Of a stretch of DNA of 64,000 bases, positions 38,635 to 50,133 are shown piece after piece. The stretch is from positions 58,654,001 to 58,718,000 of the forward strand of contig CM052816.1 in the NCBI GenBank assembly GCA_028534125.1, in the 5' to 3' direction. Below the pieces are notes generated by a model. That model was given only the letters and a program-made list of their open reading frames with translations, was not told where the DNA came from and ran no database searches. The position numbers were made by a program, and so were the translations under genes. The stretch comes from Lama glama (Eukaryota). Numbering within the stretch: position 1 is the stretch's first letter; each line of letters opens with the position of its first letter.

Positions 38635-39134
38635 TGTATTAGTTTCCTATTGCCAATAGGCAATTTCCAAATTACCAGAAATTTAATGGTTTAAAATAAC
38701 ATAGATTTTTGTTATTTTACAGTTATTATGTGTCTCAAAAGTCCAAAAAGGTTTTACTGGGCTAGAATTAAGGTATCAGCAGGGCTGCCTTCCTTCTGGG
38801 GGCTCTAGGGGAAAATCCATTCCCTTGCCTTTTCCACCTTCTAGAGCCTGTGTCCCCTGGCCTGTGGTCCTCTTCCTCCATCTTCAAAGCCAGCAATGGC
38901 TGGTCAAGTCTTTCTCACACTGAATCACTCTTGACATTGACTCCCCTGTCTCCCTCTTTCACTTATAAAAACCCTTGTGATTACATTGGGGCCCCCTGGG
39001 TAATCCGGAATAATCCCCTATCTCCAAGTACTTAATTTATTCACACCTGCAAAGCCCCTCTGGCTACGTATTCATAGGTTGTGGGATTAAGAAGTGGAGG
39101 GAGATCTTTGGGGGCCATTATTCTGCCTACCACA
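38635..39134 (-). mobile_element. MLT1 (ERVL-MaLR) solo LTR
   Basis: tgtattagtttcctattgc start; ccttctgggggctctagggga; ends ttattctgcctaccaca. Confidence 0.85.
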
Positions 39135-39611
39135 AGTATGAACAGAACAGAACTTGTCATTGTCAAGCCAGTGTCACTTTTGTCCCTCCTTGTAGCCCTG
39201 AATCATCAAAGTAAAAACAGAATTTAGGTTTTCCCTTGGATACTATCATGTTGATGAAAGTTCAGAATAACAAAGAAAAAAATTGTTTCAAGAAACTTTT
39301 AATGTCCCTCAAAATATTCTCAGAAAAATTTTTTTGCTTCTTTTTACCTCTTATCCTCTTGCTGTAATTTACCACTTTAATGTTTTTCTGTTGCCAGTGA
39401 GAACACCATGAAAATGAAGCACCCAGGAAGTTCAGTTTAATGTCTCAATTGACCACATTAAGGAGATAATAATTCAAGTTACAGGAGCTTCTAGTCATTC
39501 TTCTTGGAAAGAAATTAAATTCAGGTTATTGTTTAGATATTCATATCATGATATTGATCAGGCTTAAGCCAAATGCCAAAATTGTTTTATTTCACTCACC
39601 AACATTCATGG

Positions 39612-39732
39612 GGTTTTTTTGGGCGGGGGCGGTAATTAGGTTTATTTATTCATTTAACAGAGGTACTGGGGATTGAACCCAGGACCTCGTGCATGCTAAG
39701 CATGCACTCTGCCACTGAGCTATACCCTCCCC
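39612..39732 (-). mobile_element. tRNA-Ala-derived SINE, best-preserved copy
   Basis: Minus strand GGGGAGGGTATAGCTCAGTGGCAGAGTGCATGCTTAGCATGCACGAGGTCCTGGGTTCAATCCCCAGTACCTC plus family tail and poly(A). Confidence 0.9.
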
Positions 39733-39924
39733 TCTCACCTTCCTCATTCCTGTGTCTTTTCATTTGTGAAATGTCTTAAGCTATCCATTTTTATCATCAT
39801 TTGGTTTGTTACAGTTATTTTCTCTTTTCAATTTAAGTGAAGCCTGTTTTTCATATTTTGTAAACAAATATCCTGTATTTAACCAGTTAAAGAAAATATT
39901 AAAAAAAATTTTTTTCCCTAATAG

Positions 39925-39983
39925 ATTCTAATTCAGAGTTGTCAAATGTGGAATTAAGGCAACATCTTCATGAAACTTTAGAG
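39925..39983 (+). CDS. CCDC125: CCDC125 coding exon (DSNSELSNVELRQHLHETLE)
   Basis: aatag| acceptor, GAG|GTAGGT donor; 59 nt, phase 1 to 0. Confidence 0.9.
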
Positions 39984-40218
39984 GTAGGTGCTCTGGCTAA
40001 TATACAAATTCTCATGGGAATAAAGTCCACTGATAGATATTTTGTGTAAGTAGTACTAATATGGTTTGGAAGGCAGATGTTGGCTTTCCAGATAGTCTCA
40101 TGAGCCACAGTGTCAAGCTCATAGCTTCTAACTGGCCTCCTCTGTTTCTTAGTCTTCTCATCTCTCAAAAAAGCTGTTTATGTAAACGTGCCCTCCAGTT
40201 CTCTTTTCTACCTTCTAA

Positions 40219-40582
40219 TTTTTTTTTAAGTATAGTTGATTTACAGTGTTTCAGGTGTACAGCAAAATGATTCAGTTATGCATATATATGTATATACTCT
40301 TTTTCAAATTCTTTTCCATTAAAGTTTATTACAAAATATTGAAGGTAGTTCCCTGTGCTACATAGTAGGTCCTTGCTGTTTATCTATTTTATATTTAATA
40401 GTTTATATCTGTTAATCCCAAATGCCTAATTTATCCCTCCTCCAGCCCTTCCCCTTTGGTAACTGTAAGTTTGTTTTCTATGTGTTCTATTTGTTTTGTA
40501 AATAAGTTACTTTGGTATCATTTTTTAGAGTCCATATATAAGTGATATCATATGATATATTTGTCTTTCTCTTCACTTCTTT
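40219..40582 (-). mobile_element. Artiodactyl-type L1 3' end
   Basis: aagtatagttgatttaca...gttccctgtgcta...cccctttggtaac. Confidence 0.83.
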
Positions 40583-40843
40583 AGTCGACCTTCTTTCTCT
40601 AATCTCCTCCTGGAGAAAAATAGTTATCACTCCTTTCCATCTGTCTTCCCTGTATGTGTGGAAATAACCTGACTTAATTTAACCTCCTTAAGGTCAGAGG
40701 CTCAGAAAGTACCCCAGGTGGCCTGAGGAGGCCATCCGTCTTGCTGGGAGGAGGAGTTTCTGTGAGATGCCTACCCTTTGGGGAACAGGAAGCCCAACTT
40801 AGTGATTCTAAGCATTTGTGATTCTTCTGGTGAAAGCTATTCT

Positions 40844-41278
40844 AGTAGTTTCCTAGGGCTGCCCTGACAAAGTACCACAAACCGGTGGCTTAGAGACAGC
40901 AGATTGATTCTCCCAGTTTTGGAGGCTAGAGGTCTGACATCAGGGTGTCAGTGGGCCATGTTCCCTCTGAAGGGTCTAGAGGAGAATCCTTCTTTGCCTC
41001 TTCCTAGCTTCTGGTGGTTGCCGCCGACAGTCCTTGGCTTACAGCTGCATCACTCCAGTCTCTGTCTTTCTGAAATGTCACAGGGCCTTCTGCCCTGTGT
41101 GTCTGTGTCCAAATTTCCCTTGTCTTATAAGGCCACCAGTCATTGTGTTGAGGCCCACCTTAATCCAGGATGACACTGATTATATGTGCAAAGACTCTAT
41201 TTCCAAATAAGGTCACATTCACAGTACCGGGGTTAGGACTTGAACATATCTTTCTCGGGGAATACAGTTCAACCCATA
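40844..41278 (-). mobile_element. MLT1 (ERVL-MaLR) solo LTR
   Basis: agtttcctagggctgcc...aaagtaccacaaac...ttccaaataaggtcacattcaca...cagttcaaccca. Confidence 0.85.
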
Positions 41279-41598
41279 CTAGCTACTGTAACTGTGTGGA
41301 TGATCATGTGCTTGTTTTATGTGGTCCAAAGATTTTTCTCCAATTTATTAGCTACATGGCCTAAATGGGTAAAAGCAAAAATTTGGACTTTCTGTCATAA
41401 CTGGCACCTGATAGTGAGGGTCTCAATTTTGGCCTCTTCTGGTCCACTTATAAAGCCTGGAAGAATTTCCAGCCTCATTTGTAAGGTCAAAGTGCTTCGA
41501 GTCAAAGTGCATGTTGAGTTTAAATGTAAACTATCCAAATTGATCACTTAGGGTTGCATATTTGCAGAGAGGAAGACTAATTTTATTTTTCTCCTTAG

Positions 41599-41685
41599 GA
41601 GGTAGAAATCTTGAAAACTGAACTTGAGGCATCTCAAAGACAACTTGAAGGTAAAGAGGAAGCATTGAAAATTCTTCAAAGCATG
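41599..41685 (+). CDS. CCDC125: CCDC125 coding exon (EVEILKTELEASQRQLEGKEEALKILQSM)
   Basis: ccttag| acceptor, ATG|GTAAGA donor; 87 nt. Confidence 0.93.
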
Positions 41686-41822
41686 GTAAGAAGTTACTTT
41701 TAAACTTTCATGGTGTACACATTCCAATAATAAGTAGCATGGTTTTAGCTTTAGAAAAAAGGTGCACATAGGAATAATTAGAAATTTAATTTCTACTGAT
41801 AAATGATCTTTATTTTTCTTAG

Positions 41823-41900
41823 GCAATATTTGGCAAAGCCACAAGTCATACCCAGGCAGTGCTTCAAAAAACTGTGGAACAAAAGAGATCCTTGGAGAAG
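41823..41900 (+). CDS. CCDC125: CCDC125 coding exon (AIFGKATSHTQAVLQKTVEQKRSLEK)
   Basis: cttag| acceptor, AAG|GTATTT donor; 78 nt. Confidence 0.92.
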
Positions 41901-42301
41901 GTATTTGCCACTTGTAGTGTAGACTTGTTCAATACAGTAAGCTTTCAAATACAGTTTCCTTAAAGACCACTGTACCAAAGGATATGTCATTTGTGCATAC
42001 TTTCTGCTGGGTGTGCTTCAACTTCATACGGTCCCTTCTATTTTGGAGCTTATAATCCAAAACACATGGGCAGAGCCCGCCAAGTTGACACTTTCTATTT
42101 TTCTTCTTTTCCTATTTTCCTTCCTCTGCTTGCCCGAAAGCCTGCCTCTTTCTGACAATCTCATCTTCACCCTAGATGGTCACATTCCTGTGCCTGTTGT
42201 ACCCTCCCTTGATGGGAGTGTCCTGGGCTTAGACTCCTAGTAGTGTACTTTGGGGTCTACATGTGTTGAAGGTGATGAGAAATCTTGGTTCAGGCCAGCA
42301 A

Positions 42302-42473
42302 TTTTTTTTTTTTTAATTATAGTTGATTTATAATGTTGTGCTAGTTTCTGGTATATAGCATAGCGATTCAGTTATATACATATATATATATATGTATTTT
42401 TCATACTCTTTTTCATGATAAGTTATTACAAGCTTTTGAATATAGTTCCCTGTGCTATACAGTAGGACCTCAT
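42302..42473 (-). mobile_element. Short artiodactyl-type L1 3' end
   Basis: Poly(T), tatagttgatttataatgttgtg...gttccctgtgctatacagtagg; flanked by aggccagc repeats. Confidence 0.8.
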
Positions 42474-42729
42474 TATTAGGCCAGCTAATTTTGAAGCTAA
42501 ACAGTTTGAAATTTTCCTCCTAATAAGCAAGCTTCAGAAAAGCTTTTTTGAGTGCTAAAGAGGTGTGTTATATGTGTTTACAAATGTCACTCTTTTTGAG
42601 CAATAATTAGTTTTTTTCTCTTAACCTATTTCTATGAAATGATTAAATGATTTATTTCAGCTATTCATGTATCCTGAAATGATTTATTTGTAGTAATTTT
42701 TTCACAAAAGTGCTCTTTTCTTTCTATAG

Positions 42730-42815
42730 GAAATAAATGCCTTGCAGTGGGAAATAGAATTTGATCAGAATAGATTTAAAAATATAGAGGAATCTTGGAT
42801 CCAAAAATATGACAG
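42730..42815 (+). CDS. CCDC125: CCDC125 coding exon ([28 protein letters not shown])
   Basis: ctatag| acceptor, CAG|GTTTGT donor; 86 nt, phase 0 to 2. Confidence 0.93.
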
Positions 42816-44007
42816 GTTTGTATGTTATTATTCTATAATTTTTCTTTGTAAGTCTTTTAAAATGTGTGTAATTCAAATGTAGCTTAAGGTTTTCTCTTCT
42901 TTGAGCTAACTGTAAATGTAAAATTCACTTTGCTTACCCATTTACCAGTTCCTATTTTTCTGTTACTGTTAATTTTCTTTTTAAAAAAATAGTATAAACT
43001 GTATATTAAAATACAGTTTAAGACCATATTTCCCAAGTTACTTTATTATTGGCACTGTTTTTTCTAACAAAATCTTTTGAGCAACTCTCTTATTAGTGCA
43101 AATTTATTTAGTAACTTTCAATTACAGCAGACTTATAAGGTCATTCATTGAGAAATCGATTTGATACCTGGGATTATAGATGGCTTTAGTATGTAATTTT
43201 TTAACTTATTATTTCTTAATTTTTAATTTGAGATAATTGAAGACTTACAGAAAAGTTGTAAGAACAGTACAAATAATAATAATATATATTTTTCACCGAT
43301 TCTCCAAATTTTAACTCTTTATCACATTTACTATATCATTCTCTCTTTCTTTGTAGTTAAATGCATGAATATAGAGGTAGTATTTTTCTAAACCCTTTTA
43401 GAGTATGTTGCATATATAAGGCCCCATTACTCTAAATACTTCAGTTTGTATGTATTTTTTTAAAAGGGGGCATTCTCACTTGTAACCATAGTATACTTAT
43501 AAAAATCAAGACATTAAATCCTTGAGCCTTCCCCAAAGCAGTTGGAATAATCCTCCTACTCATTACTCACACACACACACACACACCCCACCCCAACCCC
43601 CTGTCTCTCTCTCTCTCCTTCTGTGGAGTGTGTGTCTATTTTTACTTTAAACTAAACACCCCACACCTCTTGGCTTCTCTCCCTGTCATCTTTCTGAGAT
43701 GGCCCACATTCTGCCTATGGAGTATGTATCTTCTAAGACATTTTCCCTTCTGAGTGAGACAGACCACACTCTCTGTGAAGAGTGTATCTCTCTAAATAAA
43801 CTTGCTTTCACTTAAATAAAAAAAAACCCAAGAGTATTATTTTAAAATTTTTTTAATTAAGAAACTAACTTTATGACCACTGTTTTAATGAATTGTAGCC
43901 AATCCTGAGCACAGAATATAACATTCCCCACAAATATCACAAAATGTCTTGATGGATATTTTATTTAAAGTTATAAACTAAACCAGATGACCAGGCTACT
44001 ATTTTTA

Positions 44008-44122
44008 TTTTTATTTTTTTATTAAAAATAATTTTTTTTTTAATGGAGGTTCCAGAGATTGAACCCAGGCCCTCATGCACACTAAGCATGTGCTCTGGCC
44101 CTGAGCTATTTCCCTCCCCTCC
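44008..44122 (-). mobile_element. tRNA-Ala-derived SINE
   Basis: tRNA-like head, T-rich tail on plus, TSD ggctact(a/g)ttttta. Confidence 0.85.
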
Positions 44123-44237
44123 GGCTACTGTTTTTAATTTCGAGATTTTTTTTAATAAGCCTCTAATGCTGGGTGATTTAGGAACTCTTGTAAGTAATTA
44201 TAAGTTTTATTCAGCAGATAAATCTCCCTATGTACCT

Positions 44238-44545
44238 TTTTTTAAATTGAGGTATAATTGACATGTACCATTGTATTAGTTTCAGGTGTTCAATGTAATG
44301 ACTTAGTATTTGTATATATTGCAAAATGATCATCACAGTAAGTCTGGGTAACATTCATTGCCATACATCGTTACAACTTTTTTTCTTACGGTGAGAACTT
44401 TTAAGATCTACTTTCCTAGCAATTTAAAAATATATGGTATAAAAAAAAAAGAAATAAAAATATATGGTATAGTATTGTTAACTATATTTTCCATTTTGTA
44501 CATAACATCTCCAGGACTTATTTAATAACTGGAAGTTTGTACCTC
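44238..44545 (-). mobile_element. L1MA-type 3' end
   Basis: aaattgaggtataattgaca...gagaacttttaagatctac...ataactggaagtttgtacc. Confidence 0.78.
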
Positions 44546-44902
44546 CTATGTATCTTTTTAATGCAAATTTTGGAAGGTAGCCTAAGCATTTAGTTGGTGG
44601 TCAAATGGTTATTAAGTTGACTGAAACTTTAATAAAGAGAATTAGTGTTCAAAATAGATGCCTTAGAGATATTTCTGGTCCTGATTCTTTCTCAGCTAAG
44701 CATACAGAAGGGTTAATAGTAGGTTTAAAACCTTACCACACTCCTTTAAATTGTTTTCATTTTGTTACATGTATAATCCTAGACTGTTTTGAAATAGAAA
44801 AAATTATATTTGGGTTTTCCTGTTCTAATTACGGAATAAAAATATTCTAATTCGATTACAAAGTGTTACTATATTAGTTATTTGGAGAGTACTTTTTTCC
44901 AG

Positions 44903-44985
44903 GCTAAACTGTGAAAATGCAGTCCTCAAAGAAACTCTGAAACTGAAAACAGAAGAAATTAAAATGCTCAAGTCTGAAAATGCAA
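44903..44985 (+). CDS. CCDC125: CCDC125 coding exon (LNCENAVLKETLKLKTEEIKMLKSENA)
   Basis: ttccag| acceptor, CAA|GTAAGT donor; 83 nt, phase 2 to 1. Confidence 0.92.
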
Positions 44986-46478
44986 GTAAGTAAAAAGTGG
45001 TACTTTGATAATTCTTCAAAAATATTATGTTAAAAGATCAGTTTTATATAGTATGTCCTATGTCCAGAACACACATATCAATAGACAAAGTGGTAACATT
45101 TTGAAGTAATCTATAATTAAGGATGAAAGAGAAAAGATATGCATCAGTGCAGTTTTTTAATTTTAAAAAAATTGAGGTGAAATTCACATAAAATTAACCA
45201 TTTAAAAGTGAAAAATTCATAATACATACAATGTTGTACAAACATCTAGTTCTAAAATGCTTCATCAGTCCAAAATAAAGCCTCACAGCCATTAAGCAAT
45301 CCCCCCAGTTCCCCATCTATCCTTCAGTTTTTATACTCAGTGTAAAACAAAATGGTAGAGCACCTGATGTTTGAGGAGCCTGAGTAAATGTATGTTTTAA
45401 TGGAACAGTATAGGAAAAGTATAAAATTGTATTAACTGTACATTAAAATAGTATTAAATATACACATATAACTATACAAAGCAGCATTATTTTTCTTATA
45501 AAAGTGTCTTCTGCGAATATCCCTAATACAAATATTTTTAATTTTTTAAAACATTTTTGGACTCCTTAAGAATTCGAAGTTTTTTACATATATTATGTGT
45601 ATACAAACACACACAATATATCTTTTGTATAATAAGCCACTGTACGACAAAGTTAGTGAAAGGCTATTAAAGTGTTTTAAGAAAATTAAAGTGGTACCAA
45701 CTCTTCGGGAAATTTTAAGAGACGATGTTGATTGCCCCTTCTTTGTAGAAACTGTTTTAACGTGGAGGCTTGGAAGGGATAAAATAAGTGCTAAATCAGG
45801 TCATGGGCCTGAGAGAAGCACTTTACATAGTGTAGTAAGTGAACTGTGGCAAAACCTCTGGGTGAGAACTACACACATAGATGGTGCTTCTCCACACCAG
45901 TGATTTGACCCAGAGATTTCTCCCGAGTTATGTTAGCTCCAGGACAGGAGCTGCTGATAACCACTACCCTTGCTCCTTCCACCCTGCAACAGGAGAAGAA
46001 AAGTTACTGATTTCTGCTCTCCAGGAAATAGCAGGGAACCCTCTGGTTCTAAATGTTTGCGTTGAGAGCCTTTTGTGAAAACTCTTAATAGAAAAGTCTG
46101 CTAGAGTTTGGAGAGCTGATACAGTTGACATTAATACAATATGTGAAATCTCATCACCTGGGCCTCACTGTCCATAAACGGTGAAAAATTAGCCCTTGTT
46201 TGTTCTCTTTTTGAAAATTCTACAAATTTTCTTTGAGCAAATGAAGACCAGACTTTGGTTCCATAGTTGATACTTCCACATTAAAAATAGTAACATTTTA
46301 TCTAGTGTTAACGTGTATATTATCTCACTTGATACCCACTGTTCTATCAAACAGATAGGGCCAGAGTTTGTGGGTAGTTATTGTACATGCCTTGCTTAGA
46401 AGATGAGTATATGATGTTGGTGTAACTAGATGGGGTTAGACTTCATAACCGAACACTTCTTCATATGGCCCCTCCTAG

Positions 46479-46594
46479 TTTTGAATCAGCAGTATTTGGA
46501 GGCCCTCGCCATGCTTGATATCAAACAGCAGAAGATGGCTCAGGAAAACACGTGTCGGGGTAAAAGTGGCTTTACAGAGGTTTCAGGTCTTGAG
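46479..46594 (+). CDS. CCDC125: CCDC125 coding exon (LNQQYLEALAMLDIKQQK...SGLE)
   Basis: tcctag| acceptor, GAG|GTAGGT donor; 116 nt, phase 1 to 0. Confidence 0.92.
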
Positions 46595-47219
46595 GTAGGT
46601 AAGCAGGTACAAAAATTTAGCAGGGGGTAAATTTTCCTCTTTCATTTTCTTTCTGCCGTCGCCATCAGCTCCATTTTTAGGACAGCACCATACTTAGCAA
46701 TTTGAGAGAGGCCCAGGTCCATTCTCCAGCCTTGCTGGCACCATACCTTTCAGGCATGACATTCTTGGACATGAGGGGATGTGCTAGCCACTTCTCGCCC
46801 CTCGTATTTCCTTTTTCCACAGTTTTAGCCGAAACTATTGTTACCAATGTCTCTCCTGAATAGGGGCTTACAGCCTCAGAGTACTTTCCCACAGTTTTTA
46901 ATCTGATCATCATGGTAATCTTGTGAAGACTGCAAAGCAGGTACCATCCCCATTTTACAGAGGAAACCCTGGCTCAGATAGTTTCAGTTACTTTCCTGAA
47001 GTGACAAGGTCAATCTGGGGTTGAGCCAGATTCAGAAGAAAGGTCTGCTGCTGATGGATTACTAATTGCTTGTTGAGGTGTGCAATGTCTTACAGTGTGG
47101 AAGTTTGGATGGTAAGATAAAAAGTGTCCTGGGGACTCATGAGAAATGAGCAGTGTAACAGTGGAGTGAGGGGGGTTGGCCATTCACATTATAGAACTTC
47201 AAATAAAGAAACTATTAAT

Positions 47220-47465
47220 AATAATAGCAAATACATAGTCCTTGGTAAGCGCCAGATTCTAAGTGCTTTAAGTAGATGAACACATTTAATTCTCACAACT
47301 ACCAGATAAGCTGAGTACTATTAAATCCTCATTTTGCAAATGAGGTAAGAGGCACAAAAGGATTAAGTAATTTGCCCAAAGTCACAAAGCTACTAAGTGG
47401 TAGAGCTGGAAGTACATCCAGGTAAAGTTTAGAGTCTGTAATTTTGATCATCATGCTCTACTGCC
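47220..47465 (-). mobile_element. MIR
   Basis: tttaattctcacaac...cattttgcaaatgagg...ttaagtaatttgcccaaagtcaca. Confidence 0.75.
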
Positions 47466-48755
47466 TGGGTGGAAAACTAGTGTAATAACAAAACAGGAAA
47501 ATAAACTGAACTGAGAGAAAATTCTGGAAAAGAAGGCTTTCTTATAATCTTGAGTGGGCCAGGGCCTAGGCAGGAACAAGGACCCTGAGCCAGCTGATGA
47601 AGGAGCACTAAGGTAAAGAAGTACAATTAGGATTCAGAGCTCCTTGCAGAAACCTTGCATTTTCACATTGGTCCTACTCAGGTCGAAAGTTACTTTTGGC
47701 TGCAGCTTTTGCAGGGACAGTTATCAGGAGCCAGAAGTTGAGAAGGGAAAATACCAATCTACCACACAGCCACCATTTGTACACTCCAGTCAACTATAAG
47801 GTGAATATGTGCTTCATAGTCATCTTTGATGTGAGGAAGAATTTTCTGTAATAGCCTTTACACTAAGAGAGAGAGTGGAATCTTCCTCTCTAAACAGTTC
47901 TAAATTAGGATTCAATTTTCAGCTAATCCATTCCTGTGAAATTTTATAGCAACAGGAAGTTTAGACAATAATTCCATAGTAAGCTCCACATGAAACTTTA
48001 AAAGATATGGCACAATATGTTACATAGACTGCCCCCATTAAATTGGTAGTTGCTGGGATATGTTGGGAAAGCAACCTGTGGCTAGTTGCCAAATGGGTTT
48101 TTTAAAAAGTACAACAGTTCTTAATTTTCTTCTAGCTACAAGGGTCAACCAGAAGTGACCCATATGGACTCTTTTCTTCATTGTGATCAATAGACAGGCT
48201 TTGAGTGATCAGGCCCCTGTGCAATTCCAGAACAGTGGATGAGCCAAGAAATATTTAAGAACACGTTACATGATCACAGAGCAGTTTTTTAGGCGTGGAG
48301 GGATGATTGTTTTCCTCACTGACATTAAAATGCACTCATCATTTCTGAGCATGCATCTTTTCCCAGCAGGACCTGACGGTAATGAATGCTGGGCAGCAGG
48401 GCCAAGTCCAGTCACAGGAAATCCATATTGTAGATGTTAATATTTACTTTGCTAGGTCAAGTTCCTGCCAAGGACTCAGAACTGAGGGAAACCAGTGCCA
48501 GGTTAAAGGTTTTTGAGAGTGAAAAGAAGGTAGAATTTATGTTTTTGTTCCAAGTAGTAACATTCTCTCAAAATTTGTAGTTAATTTCCACTTGGGTCCT
48601 GAAATCAGTCTCATCTTCCTACTATTTTTGTTTTCCTTTCATTTCTTTGAATCAAGATGCTTGAATAAAATGTGCATGGATATGTGTGTGTGCCCCTCTG
48701 TGTGTGGCTAAGCAGTATGACACTTAGTAATGGGATAATGCTTTTGGATTTAAAG

Positions 48756-48863
48756 CTTGCAGTCCTGGGAGCCTGTGTTTGTCATGGTCCCAGAGGGAGC
48801 CCCTGTGCCTGTGCCAAAATGGCAGCATCCACTCGGAAAATGGTTCTTCAGCTCAAACAGGAG
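48756..48863 (+). CDS. CCDC125: CCDC125 coding exon (LAVLGACVCHGPRGSPCACAKMAASTRKMVLQLKQE)
   Basis: ttaaag| acceptor, GAG|GTACTG donor; 108 nt, phase 0 to 0. Confidence 0.9.
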
Positions 48864-49958
48864 GTACTGTACTATCAAAACAGTAAAAGCTTGGGTTTTG
48901 TTTCTCGACTAACAGTTGAATAAGTGAAATATCTGCAATAATCAGCTTCATTTTGGTAGTCATTGGCTATGGAACTTATCCTTAAGTTTATGATAACATT
49001 AACTTATAAACTGTATTTTGTTTACACAGTTCCAACAAGTTGTTTGCGTATGTTTTAGTTAGTATTTTCTGAGTTCATATTTCTTTTGTCTATACATGGC
49101 CCTGAAATTACTAGATATTAGAGGAAAAGGCACACATGCCTAAAATCACTAGGATCTGCAACACTGATTAACGGAGAGATAAACATGAAGCTTATTAGAA
49201 AAGTTGCAAAGTACCTTTGTACCAGCCAGACCTAACTTTGAATCATAGCTCCATCATTTTCCAGCTCTGTGGCTTCTGGACACATACTTTAAACTATAAT
49301 AACATTTGGAGGGTTGCTGTGAGAAATAAAAGACAGTAGACATACAATGTTTAGCACAGGGACATGTCTGGCATTTAATCAAATGACAGCTGCCATTGTA
49401 ATTAAGCTTTAATAATAAATAGTGTGGACCATAATTTTAAAAATATTTCATGTTTATTGAAAGTATGGAATTTAAAGTCTTCAGAGTATATAGGAAAGCA
49501 AATAGCTAAACATTAAGCAATATATTATGAAAAGCATACGATTACAAAGATCAGAGTCAGCCATGGGACGTATGTGAAAGATACTATTCATAACTGTTTC
49601 CAGTGTTATTGTCTGGAGTGGCCCAAGGCAGAACTGAGATGCAGCCTTTGGCATCCTCCCTTTTTCCTCATTGGCCAGGACACACGCAGGGCCTGTCTAG
49701 GATAATGAAGTCTAAGAGGTGGATTAACAGGGAATTGATAGGTACACAAGGGGAACTTCTGGTAATCTAGTTCAGAGTGGGCAGCTACTGCAGAAGAGAA
49801 TGACAAATGCCAATTAGCTTAAGCAGATGAAAGAGCTCAAAGGCAGGCAGGAGACTCATGCTGGCACAGAGACTGCATTTGCTAATCTGATTCAGCATTC
49901 AGGCAACAATTGTTCTGGTTTTGTCTCTGATACCTCTCAAACTTTCTTTCAAAACCAG

Positions 49959-50133
49959 TTGGGACTTTTGCAGAAGAGTAAAGAAGAAGCCTACATAATG
50001 GCAGATGCATTCAGAATTGCATTTGAGCAACAATTAATGAGGAAAAATGACCAGGCACTAAGATTTACACAAATGGATAAAATGTGTAAGAAACCAACAA
50101 AATGGATAAATTGGAAGCACCTTAAAGAGGATG
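49959..50133 (+). CDS. CCDC125: CCDC125 coding exon (LGLLQKSKEEAYIMADAFRIAFEQQLMRK...HLKED)
   Basis: aaccag| acceptor, ATG|GTAAAT donor; 175 nt, phase 0 to 1. Confidence 0.93.

Noticed and set aside
39658..39729. Calling the tRNA-like sequences true tRNA-Ala genes
   Set aside because: They carry the SINE tail, A-rich ends and mostly TSDs, have stem mismatches and occur as nine diverged copies
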